Positions 1 through 17,286 of a stretch of 64,000 bases of DNA are shown here, in pieces (position 1 is the stretch's first letter; every line of letters starts with the position of its first letter). Where the stretch lies: NCBI GenBank assembly GCA_020137815.1, contig CM035354.1:3348001-3412000 (forward strand), read 5' to 3'. Both the position numbers and the translations under genes were made by a program. This DNA is from Hormiphora californensis (taxonomy: Eukaryota; Animalia; Ctenophora). The notes beneath the pieces were generated by a model that saw nothing but the letters and a program-made list of their open reading frames with translations, searched no databases and was not told the DNA's origin.

Positions 1-1895
1 CTAATTCACTTCCAGTTATCATTTCAGTCCATCAAAATATGATATATGTCTCCCACTCTCGCAGACCACTAACACAATAAGAACGTATAGCGCGGGGCCG
101 TGTTTCTATTAAACAAACACCTCACGAACCGGAACCTTGATCTGCCGAACCCTCACAGAAATAAAATGCAGTGTGAGCTTCATAACCGGAACCTAAAGTT
201 CCAGAAACTAGATTTTAGAAGCCATGGTGTATCATTTCTAAACACTAGCATTGCAAAGCACATGTTACTGTACCCTAGCCTAGACAGTATAACACCAATT
301 AAAGTTGGTCGAGACATCAAAAAGCGAAATTTCAAAAGCAAAAGTCAAGCCTTTCGGCTTTATAAACCTTCTTTAGTGACAACAGCTATTCTTTGGTTTT
401 GTTTTGAAGATCCTTGTTTCGTATTTGTAAACCAACTCTAGAACACGTCATGAGAACTACAGCTAACTGCTATCACCTGCTAGCGGCTAACACTAGCGCT
501 GTTCCCCCAAAACTACACTAACCTGCCGTAAAACACCACCTGTTAGCGGACAATTAAACTAATTGGACGGTAAATATATATCGGAGGTGCCTTTGAGAGA
601 TGGTGTAAACTGTGTGTGTCACACAGCTGACAGCCCTCTCTTTTTCCTTTAGTAGCGTAGTTTTACAGTTAACGCCTTCTCAGTTTCCCGTCATTACTCG
701 CGGGCCAGTTTGTTGATAATGTTTACTCTAGTACTTGTACTAGCTGTAGTGTAAAACTAACAAATTAGAATATGATTCCTTGGCCCTTTGCTTTTATTTA
801 CCTGCCAAGTCTGAGTACTGTATCGATGGTGTTTCCAAACGAATCTGCCCACTGCCAAAACCGATCTGCCACCAAACACCTGAAATTGATTGAAAACAGT
901 GAGATGGTTGGTATAGTTCCAACCAGCTCAAATTGGTCGAAATGGTTTTTTCCTCGTAAGTACTCTAACTTTATTTTTGCCTTGCTCGACCCTGTTAGAA
1001 GGATTAGAACATAACAACTTGATTTGAGCCGGATGGATCAGCTATATTCACATAATTCATCTCTACAGACTATAATCATGCAGTGCTACTTATTTATAAA
1101 CAGTCATCTGATAAAGACTCGCGCTCAGCGCTGGGGTATTGTATTAGGCAGCTAGTGTGATCGGGAGTGGGCGGCATCAAAGAAAAGGATCCGATAAAGA
1201 CCCGGTGTTATACTTTGTTAGTCTGCTTCACACATTCCTTACAATGGATAGTAGTTCGATACGTGGGTGCTATATGTGTCGGAAAGCCGGTAACCAGTTT
1301 ACTGGCATATTTAAATGTCGAATTTAGCATTCATGGGCGTTAGAGGCAAACCATTTATACCGCTTCTTGGTTGAGATAGAGAGGGAGGGAGAGAGGGCTG
1401 AGGGAGAGAGATACGTTGACTGAATTTGAAGCTATATCTGCGTCATGCGTTAGTTGAAAGGTTTCACATTTGTCGAACGCTTTGTGTTTCATCATTATCG
1501 TGAGCTACAAGATATATTCAAAGAGATTTGTAGTGAACTTAGTACTGATACTTAGTGCAAATCATTATATGATGGACCAGTTACACTAACAACTTGTTGG
1601 ATACTTATACTGTCGTGAGTCGCTCTCTAAATCTCAACTGATATAACTTATCATACTCATGCAAATCTCTAAACCCCAACTTATGATGTCTCTCTCTTTC
1701 CCTCCGTATCAAGCAGATTCCCTGATGGTACGTGTGCTACTAAAGATTTGTGGATCTGACTGTTATTATATACGATGCTACAAAGACTCTTTGTTGGTCA
1801 ACGACGAATGTACGCCCCTAATTACAACTCCAGATTTTGGTATCTCTAGTATAGAGATGCAGCTAACTCTCATTTTCTTAAAATTAGAGATATAC

Positions 1896-1986
1896 AAATG
1901 TAAAGCAGGGTTAGAACATAACAAAGATATACCTTTGTTATGTTCTAACCCTACTTTACATTTTGTAAGAGGGTCGAGCAAGGCAA
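1896..1986. repeat. Short palindromic hairpin element (member of a dispersed family)
   Basis: aaatgtaaagcagggttagaacataacaaag pairs with ctttgttatgttctaaccctactttacattt. Related copies occur at ~978, ~41458, ~56390 and ~58797. Confidence 0.65.
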
Positions 1987-2597
1987 GTATATCTCCAGTC
2001 TAAATGAGAGTTGATCTGCATCTCTCAGCTCTTTTTATTTCGTGGCGCTCTGAGTAGTAGACTTCTTGTATGTTTGCCATGCATTGTTTGGGAGGGGCAT
2101 CCTCCTTGATATTCCTAGTGTAGACTAAAATTTCATCCCGGGATATTATCCCCGTGTTTTTATATCTCGGCTACCTGCCAGTCCCACATCCTATATTTCG
2201 TAACAAAATATAACCACACACGACAACATTTCTTCAACTCTGTAGTCCCAGTCATTTCCATGGACCAATTACTCAGTAATTGGTAATTAGTGTGTCAGAG
2301 CTGCCGTCCTATTTCCGTTGTACCGTGGTTTAAACAACATTTATAATAACTCGCTGTGGTGGTAGTTTTTAGTGTCAAAAGATGCCAACTACTGACGTGT
2401 CTTTCGTTTTTTATATTGTTGGGCCGATCTGCTGCAAAGATACCCCCCTCTGCTGGTGAGAGGGGGTTCATGTTGTTCTAATGTGACAATAACCTGATAT
2501 GAATAATACTCCTGATAGGATATTATCTCTCTCTAATAGACACCTCTTCGCTTCACTAATAACAGTGTCTAGACGTGTCTACTAGACATGCCCTTAC

Positions 2598-7014
<4,417 letters not shown>

Positions 7015-7286
7015 TCCCCTTTTAGTTGTCCACCCCTCAGTCCTCTCTAGGGAGTTTTATCCCTTAACTTGCTATAAGATTGCTTCCAGCCTTTCTCCAA
7101 GCATGCAGCCCATTGATAACCTACAGTGGGCTTCTCAGGGTGTTATAATTTCAATGTCAAAAAACATTCATCGAGGACAATTGCAGTCCATGATAGTCTT
7201 CTAGTGCCTGGATACTAGGTATGGTATTATGAAGATTGTGATAACTAATCCTAACTATCCCTTACTAGCCTCAGTCCACCCCCACC

Positions 7287-10117
7287 ATGACCAACACCAC
7301 AACAGATGACGAGCACTTTGACAGTCTACCAACCTGGGAACAACACATCATCGCGGGAATCCTGATCCTCTTTTTTGTTATGGGAATGCTCGGAAACAGC
7401 TCTATTCTGGCTGTTATTCGAAACTTTAAACCATCGGTAAGTTTTTATGATAACCAACCAAGGTCTCTCTTCTATCGAAAGGTCTCTCTTCTATCGAAAT
7501 TCGAAAGGACTTTCCACCATTTACAAATAACTAATGCGGAATGCCCTTTATGGATATTGGCTAATAATCCCTCCTCCCAATCAGCACCAGTTTCGGCCTG
7601 GTCGGTTGCTCTTGATATGGATGTTTGGGACGGACCTGGCACTAACTGTCCTAATGGTCCTACCAGCCGTCCTAACCTCTGTCGGATGGAGTGGTGAGTG
7701 ATCTGTTACCATGGTGTTAACTTGTTACCATGGTAACTATAATACATCGTGTCCCATACCTACAAATTATACTACCTTTGACATGCGTGTACTTTCTAAT
7801 TATTCTCATTTTTAGAAGGTAAATCTAAAGCAGTAGTAAGTTGTTTTTGAGTGGGCTACTTGATGAAGCACAGTTACAGCACCTGGCCACCTAAACTATG
7901 ATAGCATATTTCTAAAAACAACTGCACACTATTTGTCGTTTAAACGTTCCCAGCTGAATCATTGTACTGGGGTCAAATAAATGTAAAATAGTAAAAAGCA
8001 TTGCTTTAAAAAAACACCACGGCCCGCTTCATGGTTTCGATTTCAGCAACATTTGATATTTAACATCCTTCACAAGAAGTTTCTCAAACGCCTCCCTAAA
8101 GAAAGCCCACAAATCCACGGCCACCTGCCGTCCCTTTTGTAAGACCAACATGTACTGGTCAACATCAAACTCTCCTGCACAGTCTGAGTAAATCATCTCT
8201 TTCTCGCTATTGTACACGAACACAAACTGACAGTCTCCCTTCTGTTCCTCCTCTGTTGTAGGGTCCCAGTGCCGCTCCTGGTCCTCTGCATTCCTAACAC
8301 ACGACACAGCTCCAAACATACCCTTCATGGGAACTCCAGCATCCATTAGGGCGAGACAAAGGGCGTTCATGATAACAGCCAGGATGGAGCCATCATCATT
8401 TTCTATCTGTACTATCACCTGCAGAGAGAGAGAGAGAGTTTAGCAAAGATAACAGGAAGTGCACCTATTTTAGTGGACACAGGGAGTGGAGTTGGTTTGG
8501 TTTGGTTCTACTGCAACTCCATGCAGTGACAATTATAAATTATTTCAACCTCTCTAATTTCTACTCTCTACTCTTGTTTCTACTACTCTTTCTTACCTCT
8601 ATTCTACCTCTCTATTCTCTACCTACCTGAAAGGAAGTCCGGGGATGTGCCGCTGTCAGTATAACCTGCTCACAAACCCTCGTCACAGCCTGTTCTATCA
8701 CCTTATCCACAGGGGTTCCATGTCCAGTAGCTCCTTTCACTGTCGTCTCGATCACTGCCTTCTCTGGATCCTCTCGGTTTACCCGTACATCAACTGGACC
8801 CCAAATGCCCACCAGTGCACTTGATTTACCCTGCCGGACCCGGGCTGAGCCATCGCATTTTGTCAGAAGGGATCTTTCACTGGAGAGCGGCCTTAGTTTT
8901 ATCTTATCCGCTGACATAACTGGGCCTAACATGCTAGAAATATACGGAAGAAAGGGAGATTAGTAATTGGCACGGTGTTCCCACGATAATAACTGTAATA
9001 GAGCACACGGATATTATATTATCAGCTGTTTTTTCAAATTGTTGATATCCTGCCAGGTCCCGCTAGAAGGGCACACATGTGTTGTACGTGCGTTTGTTTG
9101 AAGTCCTACAACCGGATGTGTGTTTGCTATGTTTTCTATATGCTGATAAGAGGAGAGAGAATACATAGAACAAGACTAACCAGTAAACCAGCCCTGAACT
9201 TTTCAGGTCTACCATCAGAATCGTTAGCGTGTACAGTATTCGGATACACAGAGACGGTTTTTGCAGCTTTGGAGAACCTAATTATGATGGTGATGAGTCT
9301 GGAACGAATATTCACAATCTACTTTCCACTCAGGTAGGAGCTTCTGTAAAATGATACAACTTATCAAGGACTTGATCCTCAACCCACAAGAAACATGCAT
9401 GTGCCCTGGTGTACCTTTCAATCAAGGATTTTCTTTGATCCTCAACCCATAAAAACATGAGTGCCTCTCATGATACCCAGACTACATTATATCATTGTAT
9501 ATATTTGCATCTCGATCTAAAACCAATTTCCATCTATCGCAGGAAGATCCTGAATATGACTCGAACCATAGGCTGTTGTTTATTGTGTTTGATAGCATCT
9601 GTAGCCCTGGCAACCACCAACCTCCTTATCAACTCCTTCACCTACAACCAAGACGCCCTGAGATGCCTTGCCTAACTACTACCCTGATGAGAAGATAGTG
9701 GAACTATTTATCATGACATTCAACTCTCCTATTTGTTCTCGTCCCCCTTATCAGTACTGTCGTTATCTACCTTCTAATTATACGGGTGGTGTTCAGAAGC
9801 AGTAGGTTCACTGCTGCCACCTCTCAGAACAGGCAGAGCATGCAGGCCATTAAAACAACTTTAGTTGTAGTAGGTGTTTACCTAATTTCCGCATCTCCCT
9901 TTGTTCTCAGCCGACTTTATACGTTGGGGAACGCACACAATGCTGCCACTACGATTCAGACTATTTCTCAACTGTGGTATACATGCTCAATACAGCGGTT
10001 AACCCTTATGTGACACTTTTTACCAACAAATCACTACAGCGCCACAGCCGTAACTTCTTTACCTCGAAACCGGAAGTTGTTACCACGGTTATCAGGAGGC
10101 AGAACCGTCAGGATTGA
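7287..10117 (+). CDS. Rhodopsin-class (family A) GPCR; exons 7287-7436, 7585-7693, 9207-9333, 9543-~10117; frameshifts in the last exon
   Basis: TM1 GMLGN, TM2 GTDLAL, TM3 ACTVFG...MSLERIFTIYFP (DRY-like ERI), TM6 YLISASPF, and TM7 LNTAVNPYV in a shifted frame. Splice phases are consistent. It may be a pseudogene, but neighbouring essential genes show similar indels. Confidence 0.8.
8029..8932 (-). CDS. EXOSC5: Exosome complex component Rrp46 (RNase PH fold); exons 8932-8627 and 8418-8029
   Basis: LLTKCDGSARVRQGKSSALVGIWGP...HPRTSFQ|VIVQIENDDGSILAVIMNALCLALMDAGVPMKGMFGAVSC is a typical Rrp46 sequence, joined by an in-frame GT-AG intron. Confidence 0.92.
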
Positions 10118-10371
10118 AGTCTCTGTCGAGAGTGATGACACGAATAAGTACTCTGAACACTATATCCGTTGCAAATCATAAGGGGAAGAAGAAAAAGAAT
10201 TCGTGGATACCGGGTGTGGGATTGAGAAATGCAGGGACAGCTAATTGAGGTTGAAGGAACAACAACTTTTGAGAATAATTCAGCCGAGACACAAGCTTAA
10301 TAAAATGTCTGAGTTTTTAAAAAGCTGTTGCTAAAATAAATGTATAATAAGTTATAAAAATTAAATATATT

Positions 10372-13300
10372 TCAGCCCAAATAACTTGAAATGTCTGTCA
10401 TTGCTTTGGGTGTGAGTACAAAAGTAGAGTCTGCTGTTATATCCTCGCTATGGACAATGCTCGGAAAGGTGGATGAGAAATAAGGAAACCTCGCCCGGTT
10501 TATCCCAAGAACGCTCTATAATCTCCCCGACCATCAGACTCTCCAGGAGCTCTGTTGACTGAGCGGGTGATAAAGACTGCGTGGTATCGGTTGTCTATTA
10601 GAGCCTTGGTAATCCCTGGGTAGTGGAAAATAGAGAGAATGATCGACCGAAGGAAGGATCCGAGCCCTGGCATACTCATATCAGAATTGGCGGATCTCCA
10701 AGCTTTCGTGGCGAGCGGGAAGAATTTCTTGAAAATCAGCTCTCCATGACACTATCACTTGGTTTATCTGCTGTTTTAGTGGATGAAGTAGAAGCAGTTG
10801 ATTCGTCCTTTTCACTGACCGACTGACTCCTGCCTCTTCTGCAACCCCTCATACTCACAGAATCAGTCAGCCATCGTTATTAGATAGTGTTTTCCGTACT
10901 TTTTAGAGACATACTTGATAGGTGGTTACCCCTGCTTTCAGAACTACCTCAATATCCAGACAAAGCTGAAGCGCCTCGAGAGTTGTATTTTTGTCAGGTG
11001 AACCATCCATGAGCTCTTCCAAAGTTCTTCCCTTGGTTGTAGAGGCAAATATCGTCTCCAAAAGCTTCTTTCCAGGAGCAACCAAATTAACTTTTCCTAG
11101 ATTCTTACATGCCTGTTCAAATAACTTCACAATGTTTTCTTTGGGCTCTCCTTTGACAATGTTAGCCTCGCAGGCTTCAGACACATCCAACCGTTTCAGT
11201 TCGCATACCCCACCCTTCATCTCGCTGTCTTGTTTCCGTTTTCCTAACACCCCCGTTTCAAGATCAACTCTACTCCAGAAGGAGCTGTTGTTGGTGATGT
11301 CCCTGGTGGAGAAGATCTTGAGAGGGACGGGCCACTGGCTCTGTTTTAATCCCAACAGTTCCTCATACCCATCAACCATCCTCTCCGACTCGGGAGGTTG
11401 ATACACCTTATAGTTCATCCTCCCCCCGATATGTTTCTCACTCAACTGGAACCCATATCCCCGGCCCTCTTCCAAGGTGGCAATGCCACTAAAGAATGTG
11501 TTACGCTTTGTGTGGAGGGAAGTGTAAAGCTCGTCTTCAGTTTCTTCATTCTGGAACGCCTCCACGAACGACTTGTTTTCAATGAACGGACTAATTGAAC
11601 CAGATACGATTACTTTTGAAGATCCAGATAGTAAGTTCTCGAAGAAGTCGTAAACTGCCCGGGGAGTTAGGGTTGAATAATAAATCTCGTCCACGGGGTC
11701 TTCTGGAGGACGTGGAAGATCACCTACACGAAGCAGATCATGGTTGTACGGTTCAAAGAACGAGCACTGCGTTTCATATGTAAATCCAAAAGGTTTTTGT
11801 TTGCCAGATTTTGCGGACAGGGGAGCAGCAGCTTTGTTTCTCCGAAGCATCCGGTTCTTCTTCATGTAATCGTACACGTGTGAAAGTTCCGTTTGATCAT
11901 ACGAAGTGAGCATCTTGAAACTGGCCTCATTGTGATCGGTGGTGTCCGTAAGAAGAGATAGGATTATCTTGGAATAGATTTGTTTCTGTCTCTCACTGAC
12001 CGCCGGATCTGACCAGATATCTTTGACCGGGATATCAAGGAATTGGGGACGCTTGGCTCTGTTTTTTGGATCACAAAACAAGGTTATGTGCGTTCGTCCG
12101 TCCAGGGCCAGATTGACAACTTGATTATTGGCTTTGAACTCGGAAACTTTCTGGGGAAGAACAGTTCTAACCTGAAGATAAGAAGTTGCCCATTCTGCCC
12201 TTTGATCGAAGAGGTCCTCCATTGTTTTGCACAACTCTGGACATCGGTCCATGAACGCACGTGCATTTGACTTTAAGTCAACTATCCTGTTAGTGACGTG
12301 AGCTTTGTTGAGAACCCTATGATGATGACCCATGACAGAATGAACAGTTTTATCTGTTGCCAAGTGAGGGATGTGCTTATGAAGTAGATTTCGCATCACC
12401 GGTCCCTCGATGGGCTTATCGAATATAGCGCAACATGTCATCCACAGGATCAGGATCTCATCTTCCTCCTCAGAAAACTTGGCCCTACTTTTAGTTGAGT
12501 ATGAGTCTTCCTCTTGTCTACTTTTTTTGGTCGGAGGAAGTTTAATCGCACCGAAGGATTGTCGTTTTTTGGGTTGTCGTTTAGCTGCGATCTTAATTTT
12601 CTCCTTTTTAGGCAGCTCACCCTCCATCTCCCAGTCACTACCCTCGCTCCCAGACAGCATAACTGTAGGGACAGGGAGAGGTTTTGGTTTAGCTTTGGAC
12701 TTTCGCTTCCTCTTTCGTTTCACTGGTTTATCTTTCTCAGCATCGGAATTCACTGCCGCATCTTGCTTTGCGACATCATCTTTTGTTGCCGCTGCAGCTT
12801 CATCAACCTCCGTTTTCTCTTCGGTTATCAGCTTGGTCCCAGTCTTTGTTTCTTTGCTCGGTTTCGGTTTCTCAACTGCACTCTTCTTTCTAAAGTTTCT
12901 CTTCCGGCAGAGTGTCGTGTAATCCTCATCTGCAGACAGTGGTGCGTCTTTCGGCCTTTTCCGTGAGTACGGGTTGTTCGTGTTGAGATGTCGGTTCATC
13001 GAAAGTGCAGCTTGCAGTGGCTTGTGTCCAAATTTGTTTGGATTTTTTCTTCCAATTTCCCACGAATCAACCCGATGGAAGAAGAACCGGAGATTGAATC
13101 CAGCCGGCCCAAGCTCACTGTAGATTTCACCCAATCTCTCCTTCATTCCTTTGTTATTGTAGTACTCAGGGGGCTGCTCCATCTTAATATCGTGCTGAAA
13201 TAGCACCTCACCAAGGCCCTGTATAGGATCAGATATTTGAGCCTTGAAAGAGGCGAGCTCACTGTAGGACAAACTTCGGCAAATCTCCTCAACTTTGTTC

Positions 13301-16300
13301 CAATAGCCAATGAAATCTTGGTAGGTTACGTTAGGTAGGGAAAGGATGACTTGGGGTTTTCGAATCTTGCGGATGTTGTAGCTCCTGTTGACATCTTTTC
13401 TCACCGGTGCATTGCTGGTGTCGAGAACTAGTATCCGGTCTCTCATCCTGAATTTGAGATTGGTGACCATCTTACCATTGATATCAAAACCGAATCCGGG
13501 AACTTCTATAATTCCAGGTAGATTTAGCGCATAGTCGAAGGATTTAGCGGTTGAGTTAAGCAGATGGAGCTGTCGATCGTGAAGATCCTTGATGTAATCT
13601 CTGGGTAACTGTCCAAAACAAAATCTGTGTGCATAGGCCGGATCACCAAACAGGATTCTCATTTTTTCAAAGGTCGTATGTCTGTAATTGTAGTGAAAGA
13701 CCAGCTTCAAGGGCATGAACTGCATCACGTCATACACCTCGTACATTCCATTAGCCTGGATGGGTACGGGTGGAGCCTTCTCAACCATGTACTGCCACCA
13801 GTCCAGATACACCAGGAGAAACTCCGGCAGACACTCCTCATCCACAGGCCACCGACGAATAATGATAGAAACCACAAAGTGGATTTCCTGGAGGAATCTG
13901 GCACGAGGATTTTTGTACACCAGGTCACTGGTGAAACTATCTTCGGAGAAAAGAGATTCCGGAATGGGGTCAGGGAATTTGAGAAGATTGGAAGCAAACA
14001 TTGTCACCAGACCTTCGATGATATAATTTTCTCCGCACTTCGACCTCGATACAGTCTCTCTGATGACTTCCAGCTTCATATCGATTATCTCCTTACTAGC
14101 ATCGGGCGAGTGGTAGACTGCCATTTCCTTTCCCGAAACCTTGACATTGATCATTTTCACGATCCCTTCCTTCACAAGCGACCCGAATATCCGGTGCAAC
14201 GTTTTCCCATCAATTTGAGATAACTCTCGGGTTTCTCCTTGTTCTCTGAGAATTTGACGAATTTCAGATCTCGTAGCTACGCCCTTACTGGTGATGATAT
14301 CCGAAATGGCTTCCTTCCTCCGTGAAGTTATCACCAGGTGCTTCTGTTTCTGGTCCACCTTTTCCTCCTTGACATCACCCTCGCCACTCACGAGCACATA
14401 CAACTGCTCCAACGTTTTGTTTTTATCGTTGAACCCACCCGTAGTGATCTGACCGGGCATCATCCTGAGTATTACTCGTGTAATGAGGTCCTCCAGGCCG
14501 AAATAAGTATTAGCACTCGACTTGCTGAAACCCCCGGGAGGCGCTTTGGCCGCTGCGAAATGGAGAAACTGCACACAGGTCGGTTCGAATGGAATGTGGT
14601 GGGCAAAGAAGTCCTCGATGGGAGGGGTTCCAAGATCTTCCACCTCTTCATCGGGCTCTTTTCTAGTGAATTTAGGGAAAACTCCACCTCTGACCACAAA
14701 TAATCCCTCCTCGTCCCTGTCGATCCGGCCATACCGGCTAAGAAACGAGGTGGTGAGGACTTTAATCGCTTCTTCGACAGACAAATCAACCTGAAATATA
14801 GTGAATATTTAGTGATAGGTTGATAGATGGAGAGGGAAATATTAGAGAGCTTCATCTCTCAATATCATGAAGATTGAAGCAAATGTGACTTTATTTCATT
14901 ACCAGCTGGTTCGCTGCATCTTTCTCTCGGACAATCTGGCTGATGTATTCCTCACTGATTCTCTCTCCCGCCTTGTCCTTGTACAGATCAACAACGATGT
15001 CACTCAAAGACATCACAGCACCTGAAAAACACATGATTGATATAGATCGTACCGAACTACTGAAGTTGTGTATTACACAATGTGCACCAAAGAGTGTCCT
15101 CTCCGAGTCTCCGAGCAGCGATGTTACAGTCATGTATAACTAATTGAATCTTGGATAATGGATACCCAAGACAACCCCCCACCCCACCCCCGAGAACACA
15201 CCTTCGTGCGAGTGATGAAACCAAAAACACATTTTCTTGGCCAGGGTCTTGGCTTCTGTAGCCCACAACTGGTAGATCTTGAGGGCACCAAAGTTCTCCA
15301 ACATGTCAGTATAGAAGGAGACAGAAGAGGGTTTCGTCCGGAAACCTTGGGACAGCTCCTTGGCTGTGAAACCGTGATAGCCTACACCTGAAAGACAACC
15401 AGAAATTGTTAGAGAATAATATTGGCCGTCAATCAATTCTAAGGGGTAAATCATCGATAGTTAGTAGTTACTGATTCAGATTCTTTATTTCGTGGTTCAG
15501 AATCCGTAACTATCGATGACTTACCTCTTAGAACCAGTGATTATCTGCTGTTCAACTTCAGATCAGTTCTAAATATATTTCTAGAAATGCCTGAACACTA
15601 ACCTCTGTAGAACTCGTAAACAGCGTATTGAGCATCGTTCAGATCACTGATGAAAATGTTGCATGTATCCCTCACATACACCTCATCTCGCTTTATTTGA
15701 CTCATAACCACGCGTATAGTGGGGTACCTGAACATATATCACTGATTTAGTTCATGGAGTAGTAGTTGGTCTCACACAAGACTGCCCTCTCTGAACTTGA
15801 TCTGCATACGTGCGACGTTAAAATTATGACAACTGAAAATTAGATAAGTTGTTGTTCTTGTTGTTCGTGTTATTGTCTTGTTGTAGTAAACATACTTGTC
15901 CAATGTTTCATCTAATGTCAGTTTGTGGTGATCTTTCACAAACTTAGCTTTATCAAAATCAGGGCAGTATCCTCGAACACCACCAGTTTTGCCTTTTGTT
16001 AGTGTCACACAACATTGAATCTTATCATGGATCTTTTCTAAAAAGAAGGGGAAATATTGACGCAGAGCTGAGGAGAAGTGAAGGCACAAGTACAGTCAGA
16101 ACCCGATTTACCGTGACCTTCCCCCGAACATCCCAGTAAATTGGCGTCCGACAGTATTTCGCGTTAGAAACAAGTTTTTTAACTTTCATCCCTGAGCAGT
16201 ATCTGTCTAACGGCAGACGGCCTTACTTCTTGAACAAGTATTGTTTTATTACCTGGTGGCGGTGGTGCGGGAACATAAAATGAAAGGAAGTCACGCGTGG

Positions 16301-16626
16301 AGAGGACACTCCAGAGTTTATCTCTAAAAATGGGGCACTTTACATTCACTCCCCAGATCCGGTTATAGCTTAGTTTCTCCAGTAAATCTGCTACCGATAT
16401 ACCTGTAGGGAGAAGGAGACACGTTTTGCAGACAAGTTGTGTACATGATGTAATGGGTTGGTTGGGAAATATGTGTATACTAGTGTCTGGGGGAGCTAAG
16501 GGTGCTTGTCCAAACCCCCGGAAACAGAGGTTAGAGGGCCAGGGTTAGGAGAGTGATAGCGTTTGTCACGTACCTTGAAGACCACTGTGACTGATAATCC
16601 TCAAACATTCGGGTAACATAGTTCAT
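10372..16626 (-). CDS. GTF3C1: General transcription factor IIIC subunit 1 (TFIIIC220-like); multi-exon, with a large exon ~14790-10915; frameshifts at both ends
   Basis: N-terminus ...CLRIISHSGLQGISVADLLEKL (after a 1-nt shift), IDGKTLHRIFGSLVKEG, SRAKFSEEEDEILIL...DKTVHSV and C-terminal PGITKALI...LSPAQSTELLESL all resemble conserved GTF3C1 blocks; 1293-aa open exon. Confidence 0.8.
16091..16156. mobile_element. Tiny TA-flanked MITE relic in a GTF3C1 intron
   Basis: tacagtcagaacccgatttac...gtaaattggcgtccgacagta, imperfect terminal inverted repeats. Confidence 0.5.
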
Positions 16627-17286
16627 TTCTAGAGGGGATACGTGTTTGAGAGAAAGAGATGGAGAACTTGTATTGTTATGGGAGATGTCTGTTGTGCTTG
16701 CAGCATGTCACGTACTGCAGATAACACACAGAGAAGCATTGTACACAAGAAATAACACGGGGTACTCTTTAAAATGTCGAACAAAATCCTGATAAATCAC
16801 AAGGGTCATAACAAAAAACATGCTCACGGTCGGAGCTTTCTCTCTCTATCATTAAAGTGATCAAACATAAATCAGTAAATTAAATAAATCATGTTGTGCT
16901 TTTTATAAAAACCCAAAAATAAACACACAAAACGTAGTGATGATAATAAAACAGTAATATATGAAAGTGTAGTCGCTATATTCAGTGATTGGTTGATATA
17001 AATGGGATACAAAACATGTGATAGGAAAATATAAATTGGGGTATATAACATTACTCTGTGAGATACAAAAATTAACAAAAACTGTCTTTATTTAATTTTC
17101 TTATGTCACTTTTTCAATTAACTCAAGTGTAAAAACACAAAACAGATCATGGTAGACAATAACTTAGGTTGACACACACACCAAGACTTCAAATATTATA
17201 ACATTTGTCTTTTTTGTCTCTTTCCTCGGGTCAATCCAACAACAATTTCTCAATCCACACACCCGTGAGGGGGCGTCCCGTGTCCC

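Noticed and set aside
100-2500. Short ORFs at 100-441, 772-1014 and 1659-2003 as genes or further PNPLA8 exons
   Set aside because: No recognisable domains or in-phase patatin continuation was found, and some overlap hairpin repeats.
9950-10030. GPCR as an opsin
   Set aside because: There is no lysine at the retinal-binding position in TM7 (ISQLWY.LNTAVNPYV).
10991-14855. Many short ORFs overlapping GTF3C1, and similar ones over the CRIB-like gene and the LINE
   Set aside because: They are antisense or alternate-frame shadows of long coding exons with no recognisable motifs.
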